From: Macrostomum lignano
Taxonomy: Eukaryota
DNA: 42,095 bases
Direction of reading: 5' to 3'
NCBI GenBank assembly: GCA_002269645.1
Contig: NIVC01004557.1
Span: 1 to 42,095, forward strand
Shown: in pieces, positions 22,036 through 34,603 of the stretch
Layout: every line of letters begins with the position of its first letter
How positions within the stretch are numbered: position 1 is the stretch's first letter
Made by a program: the position numbers and the translations under genes
The notes under the pieces: model-generated
Told to the model about the DNA's origin: nothing
Seen by the model: only the letters and a program-made list of their open reading frames with translations
Database searches by the model: none

Positions 22036-24074
22036 ACAAGAGCAAGAAGCGTACGTGCGGACAGTCAACATGTGCAAGCGCGAACCTGTGCCTTGTTGAG
22101 AGTATGCGCTCAGGTGACATTGCGCTCTTATGCAAGGAGCAGCAAAAGTTACACAGGCGCACTTGCGCAAAAATGCTCCTGAAGCTGTGAAGAGTGTCCA
22201 CCACAATGTCCACTCAGCATAAATATCTACTAGCAAAGCCAGAAGGAAAGTGTAGAACGGTTAGTTAGTTTCTCTAACAAGACAATCTGCTTGAGCTAAG
22301 ATCTTGATCGCGCCGCAGCGAGGCCAGAGCAAACACTGGCTTCGACGTCTCTCCGGTGCTTTCACTCTCCGTTTTATTGCGTTGCATATCAGAATTCGAA
22401 ATAGAAACTATTTTTGGGGAGAATATCCCTCCAAGTAACCGATTACAGTGCGCAACGGCGAGAGGATCGCGATTAAGAAGAAGTGTCAGCAGAATATTAA
22501 AAAAAGCAAAAAAAGGGAAGGAAGGTAGGAAGGGCGCCCGTAACAGAGGTTGAAAGCTCAACAGCTGCTGGACACTTGCGCCTTTCAACCAGGGGGGCTG
22601 CAGAACAGCGAGAGCTACTATGCCCAGGGAAGTGGAGAGGCCAAGAAAGCCAGGGAAACTCAAATCGAGACAACCGCTCAGAGATATAGATACTTTGTCC
22701 AAACTTCTGCAGCCAGCGCAACGAAAGCCTTGGCGATTAATACTCGAAGCCGGAAGAAATTAATTTTTAACCCCCTTCCACCAGTCAGGACAGCGCAGTC
22801 ACGGAGTTCGTAATCGCCACGCTAAACCTGCTCGACTCCACCATAAGGCAGCAGGTGAGAGTTCCTCCATATTTGCTGTTAGATTGTCAATCTACACGTG
22901 CAGGTATTGACAACTAGATGATGGAGATTACGAGAGGAGACTGGGAGGTGCGGAGCGGTTAAGAGGCAAAACGGTCCATAGAAACTAAGCGCTATTTTGC
23001 CTACAACAAAAGGATTTCCAAGTTTACAAGCCAATCTCTGCGGTCGATATTGATCGCACACCGATCGCTCTCTCTCGCCGCCATTATTCAAACTTTTCGA
23101 CGACAAACGAGCGTGTCAAAGGTGGCGTTTTCTGACACAAAAAACGAATATGCTTGTTGGGAAACGCCTACAATTAAAATGAAAGAATTTTTATACTAAG
23201 CTTCCAAACTCCTTCATTCTTCATCTAACACGTAATCAGACAGAGACGCAGAGAGGTGGGCGTTGAATGGGAAGAAGGATGCCCAGGTGAGTCTGAGTAA
23301 GGGGATGAGGAGGGGGGCGGAACCGTGACAAGAAACCCGAGTCTGGATTTGATTTCAGCCCAGCAACCGGGTGGGGGTCGGGACACGCGCTCAAACTCAA
23401 ACTGGGAAAAAATACGATATAAGAAAAATGAGCCAGCGAGCCGGTGTGCCGGCGCCGGTGACCTCGGCGCCTCCGGCAGCTACCGAGCAGAAGGGGAACT
23501 GGACTCAGAGACCGCACAGCAGTTCGTTGATTGATCTGGCCGCAATTGCCACACCCACACACCCCCCAGAAGTTTTTGTTGTCGGCAATTGAAAAGACAG
23601 AAATTGATTTGGAATTGGCCGGCCCCCACTCGCGAGCACAAAAGGATGGCGCCAGGGCAATCGGGTGATGGATACGGCTTGGGAGTTGTTATTGAACTCC
23701 ATCAGCCTGGCAAATGAAGGACACGCGCGCCGCTCCAGCCCCGCCCCCGCGCTTGCGCCTGCGGGGATTCCAAACCTCGTATTGGGCAGAAATCCCAACT
23801 CTGTTATAGAAACTCGCTGACAGTATAGTGATTACAAATGAGCCAATCTTTTACTTTCCCGGAGTTGCAGGTTGGAGGTTAATCACTTGCAAGCGCCGCC
23901 GGCGAGCTCTCAGACCCCCTGGGGGGCATTGCGTTACGGGGATCTCATTAGTTTGAACTGGCGCGCTCGCTAATCGCTATCTGATGACAGGCTTAACAGC
24001 ATCGTATGGAACGGGGAAATATGAATTTCATAGTACTGGAATTTTATTAGATTTTCCCTGGAAATTCACCAGTA

Positions 24075-24726
24075 GCTACACGTATACCTGACAGGAGTCT
24101 AACCGGTGTAGCTATGATATCTGACAAGAATCTAACCGGTGTAGCTATGATATCTGACAGGAGTCTAACCGGTGTAGCTATGATACCTGACAGGAGTCTA
24201 ACCGGTGTAGCTATGATATCTGACAAGAATCTAACCGGTGTAGCTATGATATCTGACAGGAGTCTAACCGGTGTAGCTATGATATCTGACAGGAGTCTAA
24301 CCGGTGTAGCTATGATATCTGACAAGAATCTAACCGGTGTAGCTATGATATCTGACAGGAGTCTAACCGGTGTAGCTATGATACCTGACAGGAGTCTAAC
24401 CGGTGTAGCTATGATATCTGACAAGAATCTAACCGGTGTAGCTATGATATCTGACAGGAGTCTAACCGGTGTAGCTATGATACTGACAGGAGTCTAACCG
24501 GTGTAGCTATGATATCTGACAAGAATCTAACCGGTGTAGCTATGATACCTGACAGGAGTCTAACCGGTGTAGCTATGATACCTGACAGGAGTCTAACCGG
24601 TGTAGCTATGATATCTGACAGGAGTCTAACCGGTGTAGCTATGATACTGACAGGAGTCTAACCGGTGTAGCTATGATATCTGACAGGAGTCTAACCGGTG
24701 TAGCTATGATACCTGACAGGAGTCTA
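24075..24726. repeat. 33-bp tandem repeat (TAGCTATGATATCTGACAGGAGTCTAACCGGTG)
   Basis: About 20 head-to-tail copies with a few recurring variants and no spacers. Confidence 0.96.
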
Positions 24727-27409
24727 AGACTGAGCAATCTAACCGGATCTAACAGTAATCTAACCGGTAGATGTATAGTTACCTGACAGGAAACTGACCG
24801 GTATAGCGACCTGACAGGAAATTCTAGTTGTCAACCAAACCGCACCTCTTTCAAAGTTTACGAGTCGCTAATACAATATAACAAAGTTAACAAACTTAGT
24901 TCGTAATGTAACAAAGTTGCTTTACACAAGCTGGTACTGAATGCCACAAGCCTAATATGAAGAGTAATCCATCAACTCCGAATAGAGACGCTGTTCGAGT
25001 CTACTTGAAATGGCAAAAACAACTTTTACAAAAGTATATTATCTACAACCAACAGTCGCAGTCCAGGTGCAAAGCGAGGCAATATTCGAAAATAAAGTTC
25101 GAATATTTATTAGAGACGAGGAAGAACTAGAAAATAAATAGTTGGTCACAGCATCATCATAAAGCCACTGTCTCCAGTTCCCCTCATCAGCAAGAATCCA
25201 GCACGTGTGCCAGCATGTTGTCAGGCAGCTCGTTGACAAAACTGCTAAAATTTGTTGTTGCAATAAAAAAGCAGAATCGATACATTACAAACACCTGACA
25301 CGTGGCCAGGACTAGACAAGGCTAGACAATGGGTCTGGGCGCAGTGAGCCAGTCTCAGAGCCGACTGAGATGCAGTCAAGCGCTTATGAATGCTTGCGGT
25401 TGCTAAGACTCTCTCGGTTGTTTCAGTTTAACAAAAAATTTCCGTCTTAAAGATGCGCGCGTTCGGCTCTTGCAGGCGCCACTATAAAACTGTTGCTAGA
25501 AGAACTATGCGATGCGTATTGCATTGTGTGCCGGTTGTTTGCAAACTATAAATAGTGCTGACTCTAAACTGCGAGCCCTGAGTCTGATGAAGCGAATTTT
25601 CCACTTGATATTTCCCAATATTCGAGTGACAAATGGTTGCGAGGAGGCTGTGCCAAATCTCACCCACTCCCCAGTGCAGTTTGATGATGAATGCTATGCC
25701 GCGATGGCTGCCAAGCTTCCCTCCCTCCATGGGGAATAAATCCCTTTCGCCACTTTCCATTGAATAGGCCTACTATCCATATACAGTTTCTCCCCTGTCC
25801 CCTAGCTGGGGAAGAGGAAAATTAACTTTCCTCCCAACCCACTAAGCCGGCGAAACCACTCCCCCCCGAAGTGTTTGGCTTTTGTGCGCGCGAGTAATGA
25901 TAGATGCCGGCAGCGGCTAAGCCAATTAAGGCCAATTTGCATGAATTTGCCGGCTCATTTGCCGCCTGATTCCCAGCGGCAGGACCGCCCCGGCCAACAA
26001 CTAAACAACATTGCTGGCGGGGATGGGGAGAAATCTCCCATTCAGCTGGGAAACGTGTAAATCGGGGCGAAAGTGGATCCATCTCTTGAGCAGTGCTCAA
26101 AATGAGTGTCACAATGCTCTCATTAGGACTGGAGGGAATCGGCTCCATCGCTTAACCAACTCTAACCCAACCCTGATCGCATATTTATCCCACTTTTTCC
26201 TCTCCGCAACTCGATTTTCAGAAATTCCTCCGCTCAACAAAACTCGGGACAGAAAGCGAATGCTGAAATCCCACCGCCAGGGATAATTTATTATAACTCA
26301 TATAGTATACACACCAAGGCAGATTCTCCAATAATGAAGCGAAACTCGGACAGACTAAGAGTTGCGCAGGACGCAACCAAAGGCCCCGGTAACTGGATAC
26401 CCCAGCGAGACCAATGCTTTTTGCTTCTAATATTTCTCAAAACTGAAAGCTCAGCCATCCAAAATAAACTTAGAATTATTATTAAGGGAGAAGGGAAAAA
26501 GGTTTGACAAGACAAGTAATTATAGCATGACAGGAGGGTATTGAGTTTTGTTTTGCATCATCATTTATGGCTGGTGAGGCTGTAGACTACCCTAACAGGT
26601 GGGGCCAGACCCAAGGTTGCGGGGCTGCCATGGTTGTCATCGCAAGGTGCTCTGACGCAACCCGATGATGCCAAGGAGACCGGCGGCGCGTGAATGAACT
26701 GCAGGGGTTGCCACGAGCGGCCCCAACAACACGGATCAGCGCCCTCCCAGCCTAATAATAAACGCATAACAGCCAGGGGTGCTAGAGAGAATCACCAAGA
26801 TTTCCCCTGCTGACAGACCGATATTTCAATAATAAATAAAATCTATTCCAAGGCTCATAAGCGAGTGAAAGCACTTGGAGGGGGGTGGGATATTAAGGAC
26901 TGGGGATCAATAGAGAGGGAGAGGTGTGGCACAAGCTTATGAAAAAGCCGTATAGTTGCCACCTATTTGGATGAGTGATTTTTAATAAACTCTATCGGTT
27001 CACCCCTCCCCCCGGCACACTCGAGCCTGGAGATCTCTGCTCCAACCGTATAGCAACTTAGAAAAGCAATTGAGGAATGGCAAAGAGGGCTGGGCAAAAT
27101 CCAAGGGGTGTTAATAAGAGGTGGCAACTTGGAAACAAAAATTTATATCCACTGAGCACGAGGGCGCCAAGCGTGGCATCAGATTTGCCATGAAAAACAA
27201 ACAGCATATTGAGGGGGGGGCGCCACTTGGAGGCGCGGTGAAGCGAACGGCCAACACGGGGCGCAAAGCCGAACAGAAACGCAACTGCTTTGTAACGAGA
27301 ACTTAGCGAGAATATTCGGCTAATGAGAGATTGAGCGAGGCAGATTAAAGAATGAGGAAAGACTTCTGAGAGCAAGTAAACTAGACAGTGTGGCAAGAGC
27401 GGGCGAGTG

Positions 27410-29015
27410 AAACAGTGGTGACATAAAGAAAGAGACACAGGGTGAGATAGAGGGGGAGACACAGGGTGACATAAAGAAAGAGACACAGGGTGAGATAGAG
27501 GGGGAGACACAGGGTGAGATAAAGGAAGAGACACAGGGTGAGATAGAGGGGGAGACACAGGGTGAGATAAAGGAAGAGACACAGGGTGAGATAGAGGGGG
27601 AGACACAGGGTGAGATAGAGGAAGAGACACAAGGTGAGATAGAGGAAGAGACAAAGGGTGAGATAGAGGAAGAGAGACATAGGGTGAGATAGAGGGAGAG
27701 ACACAGGATGAGATAGAGGGAGAGACATAGGATGAGATAGAGGAAGAGACACAGGGTGAGACAGAGGAAGAGACACAGGGTGAGATAGAGGAAGAGACAC
27801 AAGGTGAGATAGAGGAAGAGACAAAGGGTGAGATAGAGGAAGAGAGACATAGGGGGAGATAGAAGGGGAGACACAGGGTGAGATAGAGGAAAAGACCAAG
27901 GGTGAGATAGAGAAAGAGAGACATAGGGTGAGATAGAGGGAGAGACACAGGATGAGATAGAGGGAGAGACATAGGATGAGATAGAGGAAGAGACACAGGG
28001 TGAGACAGAGGAAGAGACACAGGGTGAGATAGAGGAAGAGACACAAGGTGAGATAGAGGAAGAGACAAAGGGTGAGATAGAGGAAGAGAGACATAGGGGG
28101 AGATAGAAGGGGAGACACAGGGTGAGATAGAGGAAAAGACCAAGGGTGAGATAGAGAAAGAGAGACATAGGGTGAGATAGAGGGAGAGACACAGGATGAG
28201 ATAGAGGGAGAGACATAGGATGAGATAGAGGAAGAGACACAGGGTGAGACAGAGGAAGAGACACAGGGTGAGATAGAGGAAGAGACACAAGGTGAGATAG
28301 AGGAAGAGACAAAGGGTGAGATAGAAAAAGAGACATAGGGTGAGATAGAAGGGGAGACACAGGGTGAGATAGAGGAAGAGAGACATAGGGGGAGAAAGAA
28401 GGGGAGACACAGGGTGAGATAGAGGAAAAGACCAAGGGTGAGATAGAGAAAGAGAGACATAGGGTGAGATAGAGGAAGAGAGACATAGGGGGAGAAAGAA
28501 AGGGAGACACAGGGTGAGATAGAGGAAAAGACCAAGGGTGAGATAGAGGAAGAGACACAGGGTGAGATAGAGGGAGAGACATAGGATGAGATAGAGGAAG
28601 AGACACAGGGTGAGACAGAGGAAGAGACACAGGGTGAGATAGAGGAAGAGACACAAGGTGAGATAGAGTAAGAGACACAAGGTGAGATAGAGGAAGAGAC
28701 ACAAGGTGAGATAGAGGAAGAGACACAGGGTGAGATAGAGGAAAAGACACAAGGTGAGATAGAGTAAGAGACACAAGGTGAGATAGAGGAAGAGACACAA
28801 GGTGAGATAGAGGAAGAGACACAGGGTGAGATAGAGGAAGAGACACAAGGTGAGATAGAGTAAGAGACACAAGGTGAGATAGAGGAAGAGACACAAGGTG
28901 AGATAGAGGAAGAGACACAGGGTGAGATAGAGGAAAAGACACAGGGTGAGACAGAGGAAGAGACACAAGGTGAGATAGAGGAAGAGACGCAGGGTGAGAT
29001 AGAGGGGGAGACACA
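27410..29015. repeat. Purine-rich 24/26-bp satellite (AGAGACACAGGGTGAGATAGAGGA) with a 244-bp higher-order unit
   Basis: The variant ACACAGGATG recurs at ~27701, 27945 and 28189. Confidence 0.95.
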
Positions 29016-29666
29016 CAAGAATGACAGGCAGATAAAGTCAAAGTTGAAACCCCAAGGTGTAGCCAAAATATAGCCAATGGAAACTGGAGTGTTTCAACTG
29101 CTCAAATATGCTCGGGTCATATCCCACAGAGGCACAATCAGGGAATTCAAGTTCTAGAAGGGGGGAAGCTGGGGGCAATAAAAGCAGGCCGGCCCCATCA
29201 GCTCGGAACTCGTCAGCCCGAACTGCTACGATTCGAACTGCTGATTAGAGCGAAAAAAAAGATTTTTTTGATATACGATGTCTACGACACGGACCAGCCA
29301 GGCCCTTCAAGTGTCTCCCTTGTTCCATATGATTGCCCCTTTATCTATTCGAGCAACTTATCGCTCCATCGGAATTGAGATACAACGCGCCCACAGCCGC
29401 ACACAGCCGTTGCATCGGTCGATCACCCCAACTCAGAATATTCTCTAACAACAACAGCATGGATGTCAGGCACAATTGAAGCCTACATGCATTCAGACTT
29501 TTCCAAATCTGTTGATTTCACAATGCGATACGTAGACTCTGCGGCGTTCAAACCCTTGACCTGTGACCTCCAGCTTAACTGTATGCCATGCTAGCATGAC
29601 ATTTAGGGTGATTGGGGTGGGTAATTCCCCGTTGCTAACTTTAGCAATTCTCTGGTTGCATCTGAA

Positions 29667-30543
29667 ATGGCGTCAATGTCCGATACTCCAGCTTCAATGT
29701 CCGATACTCTAGCTTCAATGTCTGATACTCCAGCTTCAATGTCCGATACTCTAGCCTCAATGTCCGATACTCTAGCTTCAATGTCCGATACTCTAGCGTC
29801 AATGTCCGATACTCTAGCTTCAATGTCCGATACTCCAGCTTCAATGTCCGATACTCTAGCGTCAATGTCCGATACTCTAGCTTCAATGTCCGATACTCCA
29901 GCTTCAATGTCCGATACTCTAGCCTCAATGTCCGATACTCTAGCTTCAATGTCCGATACTCCAGCTTTAATGTCCGATACTCTAGCTTCAATGTCTGATA
30001 CTCCAGCTTCAATGTCCGATACTCTAGCGTCAATGTCCGATACTCTAGCTTCAATGTCCGATACTCCAGCTTCAATGTCCGATACTCTAGCCTCAATGTC
30101 CGATACTCTAGCGTCAATGTCCGATACTCTAGCGTCAATGTCCGATACTATAGCGTCAATGTCCGATACTATAGCGTCAATGTCCGATACTATAGCGTCA
30201 ATGTCCCATACTATAGCGTCAATGTCCGATACTCTAGCGTCAATGTCCGATACTATAGCGTCAATGTCCCATACTCTAGCGCCAATGTCCCATACTCTAG
30301 CTTCAATGTCCGATACTCTAGCGTCAATGTCCCATATTCCAGCTTCAATGTCCCATACTCTAGCGTCAATGTCCCATATTCCAGCTTCAATGTTCGATAC
30401 TCTAGCGTCAATGTCCGATACTCCAGCGTCAATGTCCCATACTCTAGCGCCAATGTCCCATACTCTAGCGTCAATGTCCCATACTCTAGCGCCAATGTCC
30501 CATACTCTAGCGCCAATGTCCCATACTCTAGCGCCAATGTCCT
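29667..30543. repeat. 21-bp tandem repeat (TCAATGTCCGATACTCTAGC[T/G])
   Basis: About 41 copies, direct reading. Confidence 0.96.
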
Positions 30544-31445
30544 AATCTAGCTTCTAGAGAACAGCTGGAAATTAATCAATCTAACATAAAAATTAGCAGA
30601 CAGCTACTTTACGACTAAAAACACTGATAAATCTTTTCTCATCTCAGACACTCTGACGCCGGGAGTTAAGGCGGCTCACACAGCCATGGAGCACTACAGG
30701 CTAAGCGATAACATATTCTTCAGTACCTTTCCATATCTTAGCTGTCTAGAATTCCATGACTAGCTGGTGCCTGGGCCATGGATGATGGCTCTTCTTGTTT
30801 AGTTCAAACACACATGTTGCAGAATTTTATTTCTCCCCAAAACACAAAGCCAGTTTCTAATCTGACTGCGTCATCTGTGCGCCGTGCGGACTTGACTTTT
30901 TCGGCTTGTTTGCGGTTTTGTGCGAACATTTTCCCTCTTGCCCGGAATCCTGGAGCAGTGGCGTAACAGATCCCAAAGAGACGTCAAACGGCAGACATTT
31001 AAGAAGTCGCCTCTGCTCCCCTATCAACTCAACAGTGATGGGAGTTTTCTTGGCAGAATAAAACAGGACACTGATAGATGAATGATGGCGCTCTGATGAA
31101 GGAGAAGAATGCCGATTATGAAATCGGGTGATTGAATTGAAAATTTAAAGGCCTGGTATGAAAGGCGTTGCCTCACGCGTACACAGAGACCACAGGTCCC
31201 GCCTACTCATTTGCCCTGTTGCCGTGGGACCGGCTGAGCTCTGCTGCAATGCTCGGACACGCAAACAGACTGCACGGCGGTGGAAGCCGAAACTGCCTGA
31301 TGCAATGACTCTCTAAACAGCCGAAATTGATTAGGTCACCGTGGGCCAGACTATTGGCGGGCCTGACCAGCACTTCAGCTGAACTGATTTCACGGGCAGG
31401 GGAAAGCTTACCTACTCAAATACTCATGGATATGTGTATGGGCAT

Positions 31446-31805
<360 letters not shown>

Positions 31806-32424
31806 ACTACATAATAATAATGTGTATATACGAGTATATAATAAATAACACCCGTAAGTTGTGCACTCTAATCAACCTAATTAGTCAGTGCAAGCCAATT
31901 ACAATAATTAATCACTGGAATCAATTGGGACAAAACATTCTACTACGGAAGCGGACGCAACAAGCGAGCATCATGTGGCCACCCCTGTTGCAGGGGTCGG
32001 GCTGTAAATTAAGGCATGCAAGCAGCCGGTAGGCGCTCTACAGGAACTCCTTCCTTCATTCTTACAAGAGAATTGATTCTTATCTTTAAAAAAACAGGCC
32101 CTCTCATTCATCTCTACAAGGAGGATGCTGATAAACAGAAAAACTGCACAGACCAACATTGACTGGCCACTTTACGCGAGCCATCTACATGGCAGCCGAT
32201 TTCTTAGGGAAGGATAGCAGGTTTTTTGTTAAAGAGAAAAAGGTTCTCCCGTGTGCAAACATGGCAATCAGTTAGCCAGAAACATTTTAATGCGCGCGGT
32301 AGTCAAATATGGGCGCAGATGTTCTCAACACACTTATAAATTCCTATTGCTAGAATTTACAGTTATTGAATGTGGCAACACTGGCAAAGGCCATTTTGGT
32401 GTATTGAAACCGCTATTGTGACGA

Positions 32425-32800
32425 GTGCTCAATTTATTCAGGAGTGCTCAATGTAGTCAGAAGTTCTCAATGTAGTCAAGTCAGGAGTACTCAATTGTAG
32501 AAGGCATTAGTGCTCGATGTAGGAGGCATTAGTGCTCGATGTAGGAGGCATGAGTGCTCAATCAATTTACAAGTCGTGAGTACTCAATCAATGTACGAGT
32601 CAGTAGTGCTCAATGTAGGAGTGCTCAATCAATGTAGGAGTGCTCAACAAATGAAGGAATCATGAGTGCTCAATGTAGGAGCCAGGAATGCTCAATTTAG
32701 AAGTCAGGAGTGCTCAATGTAGCAGTCAAGAGTGCTCAATGTAGGAGCCAGGGATGTTCGATGTAGAAGTCAGGAGTGCTCAATGTAGCAGGCAGGAGTG
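32425..32800. repeat. Degenerate repeat (AGGAGTGCTCAATGT)
   Basis: Recurrent imperfect units. Confidence 0.8.
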
Positions 32801-33157
32801 CTTAACTCAACATTCATACAGCTCACAGCCCAAATACGAAAGAGAATTCTTCTCACTAAAGCCAAATCTGCAAAACAAGTTTTACTGTGCCACAAAAAGA
32901 CAGGCGCAGACAGACAAGAAAACACAGCTGAGAAACAAGCAGATGACATGGCTCAGTAGCTCTTAGAATAGAATTTCGGCACCTGCTGATGCTCTTGGTG
33001 CACAGAGGCAAACTATTTACTAAAACTATGGGTAGAAAAAAGAAGTTTGGAAGTGCTAACGCACTTGTGCAATTCAAGTGGCAGTAATGAAGAAAATAAG
33101 CACTCCTAGTTGAAAGAATAGCCAGCCAGACAGTCGGAGATAGAGATGGATACGCAT

Positions 33158-33452
<295 letters not shown>

Positions 33453-34414
33453 GAACTGACGTCATTTCATTAAAAGCAGAAGCTCAGAAGATCAGCCAGA
33501 GCCAAGGCGCAGAAAGGAGCAGCGGGTGGTGAACTCCTCTGTATTTGCAGGGCCACTTAACACCCGCGAGCCATAAGGTGATTTCACATGGACGCGAAAT
33601 CGAAGTCAAACAGCTTTTTTGTTTGAGCCGCTTTGAAAAAATACCAGGCCTTAGCGACTAGAATATTTGGGATAATATCTATCATATATCTAAGGGGAAT
33701 TCCTCCTCAAACCTCTAAAGTCAACGTCAAGTTGGGAAAAGCACTCAATGACTATAAAGGTGCTGCCGATGAGCAAGCAATCTTCAACTGAAGACAATAA
33801 AGCAATTTAGCCAATTAGTTGTTAGGTGGATTGGCAAACAAGCAATACCAGCAGACACAAGCTCGGCCCTGTGTGCATAGATATGCATGCCAATTGAGCT
33901 CTGCAGGCATGTCACACACAGCGCACACGCGTGAGCCGCCGAGACGTGAGCAGTATTGTTTGCACTGTGGGCTCAGTGTTTGTGTGAGACCGGGTCAGCT
34001 TGTCCCGCACTGCTCCGAAAAAAGAATTCGCATCCCAAAGCCGATTTCTCGGAGATGACGCGACAAACCCATTGGCCCGCCAGCGCCGGCCTTCTCAAAC
34101 TTCATCTTCAATAAGGCTGATTAAAGGCTGCTCAAAATTCTCGAGATCGCGCGCCCATTGGCTCGGAGCCGAGTTTGAGTCGGGGGGTGGGGCGCAGCCT
34201 CTCCCAGTGCCTCATCAGGCCTGCTCCATTCTCTTCCCGACCGCCCACCCCAACCTGCCGGGCCAAACGAGAATAATTATTAGAGCGAGCAGGACTCAAA
34301 TTCGGAAGACACAATAACACAAATTCTCAGCTCAACCGATCTCGCTCTCTCTCGCTCCTGACCAAAGTTCATCAGTAATCTTAGAAAAACAATAGTGAAC
34401 CAATATTTATACTA

Positions 34415-34603
34415 ATGCTCGGCGTGGAACCGACTAGCAGATATAGCAATAGCAACAACAACAATAGCAGCGGCAGCAATAGCAGCAATACTGACCGCGA
34501 CGGAAGCGGAATAAGTTATTCGGCAGCTCTGTTTGATAGCAATTGGCCGAAAGAGCCAGCGGTGCACATGGACTACTACAGCGCTTACTCGCGCGGACAG
34601 CAG
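34415..34603 (+). CDS. TOX: Putative TOX first coding exon (start could be 34415 or 34568)
   Basis: Open frame ending in the strong donor CAG|GTAAGA, phase 0, matching the next exon. Confidence 0.5.

Noticed and set aside
21732-24726. 33-34 bp repeat arrays as CRISPR arrays
   Set aside because: Units are head-to-tail with no unique spacers, there are no cas genes, and the context is eukaryotic.
25584-25600. CTGATGA as a hammerhead ribozyme core (also 31093-31125 and ~23981)
   Set aside because: No pairable stem II leading to GAAA and no flanking stems could be drawn.
26540-26995. Possible RTE/LINE 3' end or structured RNA
   Set aside because: Only a vague resemblance (WHKLMKK-like stretch, partial inverted ends); no recognisable RT motif or tail.
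27058-29077. 560-650 aa ORFs on the minus strand
   Set aside because: The pyrimidine strand of the 24-bp satellite lacks stops in all three frames; this is a compositional artefact.
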